Shown here one piece after another: positions 41,381 to 52,267 of a stretch of DNA of 64,000 nucleotides. A program made the position numbers and the translations under genes. The notes under the pieces were generated by a model. It was not told the origin of the DNA. It did not search any database and saw only the letters and a list, made by a program, of their open reading frames with translations. The DNA comes from Takakia lepidozioides (taxonomy: Eukaryota; Plantae; Bryophyta), in assembly GCA_030704615.1 (NCBI GenBank), contig CM060732.1:63302001-63366000 (forward strand), written 5' to 3'. The stretch's first letter is position 1, and each line of letters opens with the position of its first letter.

Positions 41381-41624
41381 AACCAACGTCTTTTTCTGCG
41401 ACGTTTTTTCTTCGACGTCACTATTTAGCGACGTTCCGGGAGCGACGTCGCAAATGCCCCCGGCGCGCCCCGGGCGCCGTAGAGTATTTTCGTCGCTAAT
41501 CGCGGCGGTTGGAGGTCGCTGGGGCATTGCTAAACCCCCCCAATCGTAGTAGTGTTAGTGTGGTTGCTTCATGCTTTGAGAGTTTTCATTGTTTTCCACT
41601 TCTTTCATTTCTCATCTCTTATCA
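39917..41624 (+). repeat. Terminal repeat A1 (421 bp after removing the CACTA insertion and one TSD copy)
   Basis: 39917-40270 plus 41558-41624 aligns without gaps to 51761-52181, with about 21 mismatches by eye, mostly transitions. Confidence 0.9.
40271..41554. mobile_element. Non-autonomous CACTA (En/Spm) element inserted in the 5' terminal repeat
   Basis: Termini CACTACTAC...GTAGTAGTG, 3-bp TSD TTA, and CpG-rich GCGACG/CGTCGC subterminal repeats. The empty site is visible in A2 (..GTTCTTAGTGTG..). Confidence 0.92.
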
Positions 41625-42924
41625 CTACAAGAAGATCACCTTATGCTTGTGAATGCGGAGTGTAAGGATTAGTTTTGCACTTGTATGTTAAAGAGGTTGA
41701 GCTAGGAGAATTCAGCTCTTGTATCACAAGGCTTGCAAGGGGTTGCAAGGAAAAATGCTCGAGTGTTGCATGCACCAAGGAGTTGGAGAGCTTGAGAAGA
41801 AAGCTCGAGTCACAAGATTTTGCAAGGATTGCAAGGATGAAGTCTTGTGTGGGTAGAAGCATGGATTCTAGGGTTTGAGAATCCTTTGTATGCATTATGG
41901 AGTCAATGGTGTGTGCCATGGCTTGTGGAGAGTGACTAAAGGCTTGTTAGTGCTCATTTCACTATCAAGCTAGGGTTAAGCAAGTTCAAAGTGTGGATGT
42001 TGTGGAAGAGAAGCCAAGGAGCTACATAGGCTTGGGCTTGAAGACAACAAGGGCAAGCACTTGGAGAGCACTAAGAAGATCAAGAGGTTTTGAAAGGGAG
42101 CATGTGAAGAAATCTTCCAATCATGGTGGTGTGGAGCCAAGCTTAGGACGCCATTGGAAGGGCTTGGAGAACATATGGTGGGAAATCCTTGAGGGGAAAT
42201 CATTATTCAATGTATGCATAGCTTCACCCTAACTATGTAATGTGACAAGAGGGGGAGGCAATACTTGGCTATTCATGCTCTTGGTAGTGCGAGCTTTGTG
42301 GTGGATAGTTGACCAAGCAAGTGGTGCATATATGGAGCATGCTCTCTTGAGTTTGTAAGTTCAAGTTTGAGAAGGGGAGCTCTTGAACTAGCAAGAGGTG
42401 AAGGCCTTGAGATCCATTTGTGTGTGAAGTGGAGAGGTGTTGATTCATGTTATGATGAAGGAGAGCAACACATAGGCCAAGAGGTCATGGAACATGCATT
42501 CAAATGACCAAGGGGAGCACATGGATGATGGATTGGTGCAAGACCCCAAATGAGGCATATGGCGTGAGAGTGGGATCCAAGGCGGATTGCTTGGGAGCAT
42601 TATTGTAAGTGACAAGCATTGCTCCTACACATTGAGATAATTTGTGTTGATTTGGAACAATTGTCAAGTGATGAGGAGACAAATGCATGATTGTTCGGCA
42701 ATGGAGATATGGTAGTTTGCAATCAAATCCCAAGGACTAGAAGGAGGATTGATTTGGTGGACAATGACTTGCAAGTTGAGTTGGACCACTCTTGGTTGCA
42801 CGGGGTGGAAGAGAGCAAGAAGATGCCTCTTATGTCCACCTAGAGACCATATTTTTGCTTGAGTAGAAGCATAGAAGACTTGCATTCTAGCTCTTCATTA
42901 CAAACCCTAGTAGTGTATGCTTAG

Positions 42925-43314
42925 ACTATACCTCTGTTAGTATACCAAACATGAGCTTGTCCCTTTGACTATACCTCTGTTGAGGTATCACCATATGTAA
43001 ACCCTAATGTGAGACTATACCTATGTTAGTATACCAAACAGGAGTTTTTCCATTTTACTATACCTCTATTGAGGTATCACAATATGTGAACCCTAATCAG
43101 CTCAAACTATACCTCTGTTAGTATACCAAACAGGAGCTTGTCCCTTTTACTATATCTCTGTTGAGGTATCACCATATGTGGACCCTAATCAGCTCAGACT
43201 ATACCTCTGTTAGTATACCAAATAGAACCCTCATTTTCAGACTATACCTCTGTAAAGGTATCATCAACATAAGGGACCATAGCAACCTCAGACTATACCT
43301 CTGTTAAGGTATCA
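42925..43314. repeat. Nine-unit hairpin tandem array (core ACTATACCTCTGTT) with alternating A/B units
   Basis: Cores start at 42925, 42968, 43014, 43057, 43106, 43149, 43198, 43241 and 43292. Confidence 0.9.
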
Positions 43315-44132
43315 ACATTGAAAGGACTTAGTGAAATTTAAGCGCCTTTGGAGGATTGTTTGGAAGATATTTGAGGGCCCTTGGAGGAGTGTTTGGAGGA
43401 TCTTTGGGGTCATTGGAGGATTGTTTGGAGGATCTTTGGGGTCCTTGGAGGAGTATTGGAGGACCTTTCGAAGAGCTTTGGTGAACAATGTTGAAGAGCT
43501 CTTGAAGGATTGATTAAAGGAGATACTTGCCACGGTCATACAAGCGAGTGGATAGAGATAGGAGGGAGAGTGGTGGGATGAGAGCATTCTGGGGTTAGGA
43601 ATTGCTTTAGTTTCTCTTCTCCATAGTCTTTCACCATCTTTGTAGGCCAAAACCTTTCCGTAGGTGGAGGCAAGAGTCAGTTCGGGTTTGGGCTGGGGTG
43701 TCCTTGCAGGAGCGACACTGTGGAGTGTTTTTGGTGTGGGGGAGTTGCTGTCTTGATTTTCTTGTGTTTGGACCCTCTCCACACCTGCATGCTTGACTGT
43801 GCGCCATGTTAGCTTTGTGTGGGCACTTGTTTTCATAGGAGGTTGGTCCGGATTTGATCACCGGCCAATCCTAGAGTATGCTGTCGGTGGTGAGGCTGGA
43901 GTAATGACCAGCAAGACCACCAGTGTTTCTTCTATGGTGAGGCTAGGTTGATGACCAACAGACCATAAGAGTACTTGCGGTGGATGCAGGTGCAGGTATA
44001 GGTCTATGTTAGAAACCTATTATTCGTGCTTGAACCAGTAGCCGCAACAGGTTCTCTACCCGGTTACCTTGTGGAAAGTGGGGATTAGAGACAGGTTGAC
44101 AACCGGTTGGGTTATGAGTTTTCATCACGGAG

Positions 44133-45652
44133 GTGCCACCAGTTGCTGAGGGGAGTGTCGATACGAGCACCAGCGATACTAGTGGGTACACAAGACAAGG
44201 TGTGCGGTTTAGGCCACCTTCACTTTCAGTGTCTTCTGATGAAGGTTTAGACTCGGAATCAGGAGGATTCTCGCCGAGGGTGCAAGTCATTTCCGTGCCA
44301 TTGTTGTGGAACACGATGGAGGAGATGTATGGAGCTACCAAGGGGCCACGTAGGTACTCTGGAGCTGTGGGCACCATCGAGCTTGATGACTTCATACAAG
44401 AGTTTGACAGTTGGTGTGATTTGCAGCAAATGCGCAATCCACAACTGTTTACGCCCTTTATGGCATGGAAGGGCCTATTCCAGCACCTTGAGGGGCCGCC
44501 CATGGATGATTACCATGAATTTAGGCAGGGACATGCGGTGGAGATTGAGGAGTGGCGAGAGTATTGGTCACCTAACTATGTCTCCATCACTAGAGGCACA
44601 AGGGCAGCGGCGACACCAGCAGCTACACAAACATCTCCAACTACAAGCAGTAGTAGTGGGACAAGTGGTACATGAGCTGGGAAATCCACTCAAGCTCATG
44701 CTGGAGCACCAGCACCCGTGCCTACCTTTCACCCAGTTGTGGAGTTCTTCGAGGAGTTGAGGAGAAACTACCAAGGGATAAAGACAGAGAAGTTGCGGAG
44801 CTTGCAAGAGTTCCAACGAAGGTCTACTGAGAGTTTGAGGGAGGCTTACACTCGCATGAGGCGCTTGATAAACGTAACCCAAGGGGTTACAGACACTCAC
44901 GCAGTCCAGTTCTGATATGGGATCCTGGACAAAGAGTTGAGGAAAAGGGTGCGGGATACAACTCTCCTACAAGTGGACCAACCCACCTTAGCAAATGTGT
45001 TTTGCTGGCAGAACGGGTAGAGCTCAATATGGTGGAAGAGCGAGTGATTATGGTGGGGTTTGGCAAGGAGACACAACGAAGTGGGGCTCCTAGCCAACAA
45101 CAACCACTATCCCAACGTGTTCAAGGCAACAAGAGGGCTCAGGTGAAGCCGAGGGAAGGACACAGAGGATCTCAGATGCAGAGGTCTCTTCCTTCATTCT
45201 CAGGCCAACAACAGTCGGATGTGACTTGTTGGGATCGTGGAGGACCCCATATCAAGAAGGATTGCCCGGAGAGAGGCAAAGGGCCGGCACAGGCACAGCC
45301 TACACAACTACAGTGTGGGCATTATGGAAAGTATAGGCATGAGGAGGCCCATTGTTATGCCTTGCATCCTGAGCTACGGCCAGGCCAGTTCCAAGGGAAC
45401 AATGGTGGCCGAGGACGAGGCAATGTAGTCCAGAGAGGTAGAGGAGGCAGAGGACGGGGTGGAGGTCATAACCAAAACCAAGGAGCACAGGGTCAGGGTC
45501 AAGGTCATGACCAAGGCATGGTGGATAGACTTGCCCAGCTAGAGCAACGTCTTGCTGTCATGGCCACTACTCATGTTGCGCCAGCTCCAAGGCTTGAGGT
45601 TCAAGCCCCACCTGCACAACCTCCTATGCCTAAGGAAGATCAGATTGGTTAG
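44133..45652 (+). pseudogene. gag (capsid-like region plus two degenerate CCHC zinc knuckles), disrupted
   Basis: LDDFIQEFDSWC, FQRRSTESLREAYTRMRRL, CWDRGGPHIKKDC and CGHYGKYRHEEAHC, followed by an RGG-rich tail. Frameshifts and a TGA at 44913. Confidence 0.8.
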
Positions 45653-46239
45653 GGCTTCATGTGTGGAACCGCACTTGCAGGGCCATTACATGTATTGGAC
45701 TCTGCTGCTGCTGTCACTCAAGCAGCAACGCGTGCTCCTGAGCCAAGAGGAGCGGATGTGGATTTTGATCCACAAAGGGGGGAAAACAAGTCGTCAGACA
45801 AGGCTTCCACAGTCCTTTACATTGGCTGAGACAGTGCCACCTACGCCATCAATGGCACCCGCTCGCCCAAGTGTGTCAGAGGTAGAGCCACAAGTGTCAT
45901 TGGGGAGAGTTGGTGTGGCTCGGGAAATGCCAGTGGGTGGTGCTGCAAAGCAAGGTGCAGCCAATACATTGTTGGGGGCGGCTACGGCGGTTTGCCAAGC
46001 TCCATTATTTTTTGCAATGACCATTACAATGTCGGGGATTCGGCCAACTGTTGTGTTCAAACTAGCAGCTAGACTCTGTGAGAGTGGTGATGCATCGACA
46101 CTATCTGCGGAGATAGCAAATAAGGTGCAGTCTATGGATGCTTTGGATTCGAGGGTGAAATCAGCCACAGCTGCGCCATGGCAAGCGGCAGCTGCAAGGT
46201 TGCAGGAGTTGCCATCTAGGCCAGCCATTGAGCGCAGCA

Positions 46240-46610
46240 TGGTGACTCCTGGGGTAGTCCTGGTGGACAATCGGGATGGAGTGTTTCAATTGGGTGGCCC
46301 AACTAGGAGGTGGTATAGGCATTGTCCTTTCCAAATTCAAACATCTTTGGGTGGTTCAGAGAAGGCACGAGGGATTACACGCCATGAGCTCTTCATTTGA
46401 TTGCAGCCAGATCATCCTACAGATGGCTCTGTCATGAGAGCTAAAGCCATTGTTACGGACGCGATATCTTATGATGTGCTTGTCAGTGGGGCTGTGTTAT
46501 ACCCGATGGGCTGTACTTTGGACTTTTGGGAAGAAATGACATCCTACATGCCGGAATGGCAGTCAGGGGATGGTCGACGTGCACTGCTCCCAGTGCGGTT
46601 TATTGGGAAT
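46240..46610 (+). pseudogene. Aspartic protease-like region of pol, partial
   Basis: AIVTDAISYDVLVSGAVLYPMGCTLDFW resembles the C-terminal half of a retropepsin, and the position after gag fits. No clear DT/SG active site is seen. Confidence 0.45.
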
Positions 46611-46949
46611 GTAGTGGTGGATCATAGGAACATGATGCCCATATTGGTTGCATTCTCAGGTATGGTTGCTTGGGGTGGTGAGCTCTTGGAGGGCAATAAT
46701 CATGCAGATGATAGGCCACCACCTGATGAGGACAAACAATTGGCATACAAGGCTGATTTGCTTCCTCATGTATTTGTTCATATTCCATTGTGGGGTACAT
46801 TTGGGAATTTGCATCGAGTAGCAGGCGAATATGTGCACCAAGCATGGCAAGAGCCCTATCCATTGGTGAGTGAGGGGAGTTCAGTGACATCACCCGGACC
46901 TCCTCAGTTAGCTCCTTTGGACACAATGCCCATTACCTGGCAACCACTT

Positions 46950-47895
46950 GACTCAGGGATTTGTTTGCTAGACATGTTTGGAGGCATGAGCACTGGGCTT
47001 GCAGGAGTGTTGCAAGCAGGGATTAAAGTACGCAAGTACTTGTATGTGGAGAAGGATGAGATAGCTTGGCGTATTTTTATGCGTCACATTGCCTTGCTCA
47101 CACACCGATATCCTGAGTTGTTGCCTCTCTCAGCAATTCAAGGGTATCAAAAGGCCTTGCCAGCAGACATTACCTTGCTGGGTGGGATGATTTAGACCGG
47201 CATGGTGCCATTGACTTGGTGATAGCTGGATGGCCTTGCCAAGGATACTCTCCCGCAGATCATTGGAATGGCTTGCATGATGCACGATCGCATTTGTTTT
47301 GGGAGATGTTGGGAGTGTTGTGTGACTTGCAGATGAGGCAAGTGCAACCTCTAGCCTATATCTTGGAGAATGTTCATCTTATGGGGGACTCTCGGGCCAG
47401 GGTTATGGCCAGTGTGCATCAGGTGCGGTCTTGGATTGGATCGGCAGTGCTATTGGATGCAGCAGCGGTGGGATCACGAGCGCATCGACCTCGATTGTGG
47501 TGGACCAATCTTGCACCACCAGAGCTGCTCAAGAGAGCATACGATTCTATTCAACGGCCACCCAATCTCACAGTTGAGAGCATTTTGGACCAAGGGAGGC
47601 AACCACAGAGGGTGCGACATGATGACCGTCCACCTCTAGTAGTGGTAAATCGAGCGGGGCAGCCACGTGCAGCCTTGCCTACGCTCATGAGCTTTCCCTC
47701 GTCTCATGCTTTTCAAGACAATGGTCCTGGGTTGATTTGGGACTATGTGCTACAGCAATTGGTGGAGCCCAATGCGGATGAGCGAGAGCGGGCAATGTGA
47801 TTTGACACGGGCACTACAGCTGTGCCAGCTCTGTTAGAGGCATCACGACGCCAGGTGTTGGGTCAGGCAATGGATCTCAATTGCTTGACATGGGT
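46950..47895 (+). pseudogene. C5-cytosine DNA methyltransferase domain (DNMT3/DRM-like signatures) within retrotransposon pol
   Basis: Motif I LLDMFGGMSTG, II YVEKD, III ADI, IV DLVIAGWPCQG, VI YILENV, VIII AHRPRLWWTNL, IX ERERAM*FDTGTT, X RRQVLGQAM. One frameshift (~47190) and one stop (47798). Confidence 0.92.
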
Positions 47896-48479
47896 CATTG
47901 GCTTGTGCATGGCTGAGCAACGGAGATTGCAAGCATTGGTAGCTACTTCTGCACTTCCATTGGATATTGCACCATCTCTGCCAACCGGGACGGTGGAGGC
48001 AGTGAGTAGGGGCGAGCATAGGATCATGGGGTGCAAACACCCATGGCAGATGTGGGATGAGATGCTCAAAGAGAGAATCATTGGATCTCTCAAGCAGCAG
48101 TATGAGGAGTGGGGAGAGCCATATATTGAGGATCAGTTGGAGGCCAAGGTGGCCAATGTTTTGGAAGAGGTTGAGAATGTTTCTTCCCCAGAGGATGTTC
48201 TCAAGGTGGCTATGGTGGAGCAAGTGGAGGCCACGGTCAAGGTGGGCGAATAATGCCCAAGAGGTTGCTATCTAGCAACCAAAGGATGCGTCTCCTACTT
48301 CCAAGCCTGGTGTACCCAAGGTTGTAGTCATTGAGGACAACTGGGAACCAGATGTTGGACCTATAGTCACCAGAGGAGAGAGGCGGAGGATCTAGCGATT
48401 TCTAAGGGCTTATAGAAATTGCTTTGCCTTCGGTTTGAAGGATTTGGGGAGTTTGAAGGGCCAGTAGATTCGTATTGAT

Positions 48480-49842
48480 TTGGCAAGTGACACGCCAATT
48501 TTTCAAAGGCCCTACAGGTATAATGATATGGAGAAATCTTTGATCCAATCACGGACTACGGAGTTGTTCAAAGCTGGATTGGTGGAGTTGTCAAGCGGGG
48601 AGTATGCCTCGGCAACGGTGATGCCAACTAAGAAGGATATCTATGGCAATTGGACAGAAAGGAGGATGTGTGGGGACTACCGTCCTGTGAACCGTCAGAC
48701 TAAGTCCGATAGATATGCCATGCCAACTCCAGAGGAGATCTTTGATACCATTGGGCATGCAAAGGTGTTTAGCACATTGGACTTGCGATCCGATTACCAC
48801 CAGTTGCCAATCAAAGAGGCTGACAAGCAAAAGACGGCATTCTGGGGGATTGACCAACATGGGGAGGATTGTTTGTAGCAATGGCGGTTCCTACCGTTTG
48901 GGTTGAAGAATGCTCCTGCAGAGTTTCAGAGGGTCATGGATAGGATTCTTGCGGGGCTAGACTTTTCCCGGTGCTACATTGATGACATCATCATCTTTAG
49001 TGCTACGATTGAGGAGCACGAGAGATACATTCAGATGGTGTTTGAGCGCTTGAGAGCGCATGGGTTGAAATTGCACCTGGGAAGTGCAAGTTCTTCCACA
49101 ACCAAATTGAGTATCTGGGCCACATGATATACCCTGGAGGTTTGGGTGTTCAAAAGACGAAGGTGGAGGCCATTGCACGCATTCCACGCCCCATCGATGT
49201 TAGCAGTGTTTGTGCTTTCATGGGGTTGGCAAACTACTATCAACGGTTTGTCAAGGGATTTAGCAGCATTGCAAAGGCTCTTATCAACTGACCAAGGTCG
49301 GTCAGGAGTGGCAGTGGGATGAGGAGCAGGAGGAAGCCTTTGAGGACCTCAAGGCTCGATTGACTTCTGCGCCTATTCTGAGTCGGCCTATTCGGGGGCG
49401 GTCTTTCCAACTACATACAGATTGGAGTATGTTAGGGATTGGAGCAGTGCTCACACAGATGGATGATGAGGGAAGAGAGTTCATAGTGGCATATGCTAGC
49501 CACTCGAACAATGATGCCGAGGCAAAGTATAGTTCCTATGAAGGGGAGTGTCTAGCTGCAGTATGGGCAGTGGCACATTTTAGATGCTACCTCTATGACA
49601 ATCTCTTCACCCTTGTCACGGATCACCAACCATTGAAGTGGTTGATGGAGTCAGACAAGCTTACAGGGAAGCTTGCACGGTGGGCACTTATGCTTCAAGA
49701 GTACGACTTCCAGGTGGTGCATCGAACTGGAATAGTGAACCGGGATGCGGATGGATTGAGTCGCAATCCATGCACAAGTGAGCTTGATGATACAGGAGCT
49801 CGTTGGCATAGTGAGATGGACAAAGAGATGGTGCCAGGATGA
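48480..49842 (+). pseudogene. Reverse transcriptase and RNase H (Ty3/Gypsy type), disrupted
   Basis: RMCGDYRPVN, FSTLDLRSDYHQL, PFGLKNAPAEFQ and YIDDIII for RT. FQLHTDWS, YSSYEGECLA, VTDHQPL and DADGLSR for RNase H. Confidence 0.95.
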
Positions 49843-50149
49843 CACGCATCTGCCTTTTTATGCATTCTAGCAATGGGAACTCAAGCTGGTCCATCCCATG
49901 TGATTGGTCATAGAGATAGTATGCATGACGATCCAGAGATCAGTGAGGAGCTTGGTGGTGCTAAAGATGTACATGAAGATGCAGCAGTGTTGGCCTACCT
50001 TCGTACTAAAGAGATAGCAGCCAGTGTGACTGCTAAGGAGAGAGATCGGATCCTACAACGAGCCAAGAGGTTCAAGTGGGAGGGGACTCACCTACTCCGA
50101 GTATGGGAGGATGGACGAGTGAGGATTGTGCCTCATCCAACACAACGAG

Positions 50150-51200
50150 CGCGATTGGTACGCCATGCCCATGAGGAGTTGGGACATTTTGGGGTGCGGC
50201 GCACTCATAGTTTGCTGCAAGGACAGTATTGGTGGCAGGGCATGCACACGGATGTGCAATAGTTAGTGGCAAGATGCATGGTGTGTGATAGAGTGCGGGC
50301 TTCTTTTAATGCCCCTATTCCACAATTGCATCCTTTACCCATTATGGGTTTGGGCTATCGTTGGAGTCTTGACTTCGCAAGCTCATTGCCACTAACTATT
50401 CGCCATAACAAGTATGTGCTGGTGATGGTGGAACATTTCTCCAAATGGATTGAACTGGTGGAATTGCCTGACAAGGCAAGTGAGGGGGCTGCGTATGCAT
50501 TCTTAGATCGAGTGCTTAGCCAATTTGGTGCTCCAGCCGCGGTACTCATGGACTAGGGGAGAGAGTTCTTGGGGGAGTTTCAGGCTTTGTGTGAGCAAGC
50601 CTTGATAGATCACCGCACTACTTCTCGGGATCATCCCGAGGCTGATGGCTTGGCCGATAGGGTTGTGCAAACAGTCAAGCGAGGCTTGCGCAAGTATGGC
50701 TTGAAGAAGGGACACTTGGGAGATCTGGACCTTCGGCTACCTTGGTTGGCCATGGGTTACAGGTTTAGCAAGCAAGCATCACTTGCCTCATTCTCGCCTT
50801 ATTTCTTTCTCTTTGGCCGAGAGCCAGATTTGTCTGCATCTATTTGCAGGGAGACTGAAGTAGTCCTCAACCTTGATAATCCGGATGTGTGGACACAAGC
50901 ATGTGCCTAACGGGCAGAGTTGTTCAAGAGAGTCATGCCTATGGCTTTTGAAAACCTTGCTATTGCCCAACACCGAGACACATTGAGGTACATCACTATA
51001 CATAGAGGGGATATCGGCAAGGTGTTCGGCGTTTCCATCCTGGGGACTATGTGTATCTGCAGCAGACAGCGCCTACGACCTTGGATGTCACAACAGGTCG
51101 TGTGATTCTAAGGGTCCGGGAGGTGTTACCTTCAGGAGTGTTGATTCTGGAGGGTCAAGATGATATGATATGGAATGACCATGTGCGCAATTGTGCGCCA
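50150..51200 (+). pseudogene. DDE integrase (HHCC zinc domain plus rve core), disrupted
   Basis: HEELGHFG..CMVC, WSLDF, VEHFSKW, VLMD*GREF, HPEADGLADR and FSPYFFLFGREP. Confidence 0.92.
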
Positions 51201-51266
51201 TGTCACCTTCCACATGTGGATGAGAGGATAGATCCCAACCTTGCAGTGGTACCTGCAGGGTTGCGT

Positions 51267-51401
51267 TGCATGCTATGTGGGCATGCTGGTGGTGCCGTGA
51301 CCATGTTGGTGTGTGACAAATGCTCAAGGGGGTGGCACATGGGATGCTTGATACCGCCACTTGAGGAGGTTCCTAGTGGAGAATGGTTGTGTCCACGATG
51401 C
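51267..51401 (+). other. PHD finger (C4HC3) at the pol C-terminus
   Basis: CMLC...LVCDKCSRGWHMGCLIPPLEEVPSGEWLCPRC, followed by a stop at 51414-51416. Confidence 0.93.
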
Positions 51402-51672
51402 CTTAGACAGAGGTAGTGGGGCATGTCAGTGGCGAGATTGACAAGTGATCCAAGGTCTAGCTAACGGGAGTTCGATGCCATGGACACCCAATTGAAGCCA
51501 TGGATTGCAGGAAGGCGAGTAACGATGGGGCTACTTTTGCACCCGGCCTCTTGATCTATTGACTTCAGATAGTGGGACTTGAGCGATTGATGAGCAAGCG
51601 ATGATCTTATTGGGATGGATACTTGTCAGCTATCTGGTGTTAGATGGACCTAATCACCGGCTAGGGGGGCGA

Positions 51673-52267
51673 TTGTGGTATAGCTTTCTAGGATTGTGTG
51701 CTTAGATTGTGGTGTGGACAACAATGTATGTTGTGGCACGATGCTTAGGTGCACGACAACTGTGATGGTTTTAGTCGTGGTTATCTAGAATTACCTACTT
51801 CTAGTTAACTAGGACATTTTAGATATTTATATTTATATTTTGTGTGTTGGGACTTCATTGGGTCTCACATGCCAAGTGAGGTGTCGAGCCTCACTTGGGA
51901 CATGGAGATAGGTTTTCCCCTTGTGAGGATGGAGGAGGCTCATCTTCTTGTAGTTGAGCCTCCATGAGCTTCTCTCACCTCCATAGCTCTAGGTATTGAG
52001 AGGGAGTGTGTTGAGGGCTTTGTAGGGTGGATTCCCTTAGCAAGGGTGCCCTTGGCTTGACTTAGTTTATATGATAGAATGGATTTCACTTGGAAAGACT
52101 AGGGCTTGTTCTTAGTGTGATTGCTTCATGCTTTGAGAGTTTTCATTGTCTTCCACTTCTCTCATTTCTCATCTCTTATCATTGTGGTATAGCTTTCTAG
52201 GATTGTGTGCTTAGATTGTGTGGTGGACAGCGATGTATGTTGTGGCACGATGCTTAGGTGCACGACA
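51673..52267 (+). repeat. 3' terminal repeat block: B1 (51673-51758), AC, A2 (51761-52181), B2 (52182-52267)
   Basis: The 86-bp B unit (TTGTGGTATAGC...GTGCACGACA) occurs twice around A2 and is absent from the 5' end. Confidence 0.9.

Larger units (their letters stand above)
39917..52267 (+). mobile_element. Ty3/Gypsy-type retrotransposon with DNMT and PHD domains and split terminal repeats (A1...B1-A2-B2), decayed
   Basis: Ends TGTCATG...CACGACA flanked by GCTA on both sides (39913-39916 and 52268-52271). Domain order gag-PR-DNMT-RT-RH-IN-PHD. PPT-like AGGGGGG at ~51663-51669. Confidence 0.92.

Noticed and set aside
40246-41527. ORFs with poly-Lys/poly-Phe tracts
   Set aside because: They are translations of A/T homopolymers and GC-rich subterminal repeats of the CACTA element.
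42925-43314. CRISPR array
   Set aside because: The context is a eukaryotic retroelement, there are no cas genes, and the 'spacers' repeat every second unit.
43312-43836. Antisense accessory ORF (174 aa) in the retroelement leader
   Set aside because: Low-complexity translation of purine-rich repeats with no recognisable motif.
43886-43967. Hammerhead ribozyme
   Set aside because: A TGATGA-like sequence is present but the CUGANGA...GAAA core is not.
46950-47895. Host DRM/DNMT3 gene or bacterial restriction-modification contaminant
   Set aside because: It is intronless, embedded between PR and RT in the pol frame, and decayed like the rest of the element.
39917-52267. DIRS/Ngaro tyrosine-recombinase element, suggested by the split repeats and the methyltransferase
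   Set aside because: It has a DDE integrase, Gypsy-type RT/RH, a 4-bp TSD and a C5 (not adenine) MTase, and no recombinase ORF is visible.
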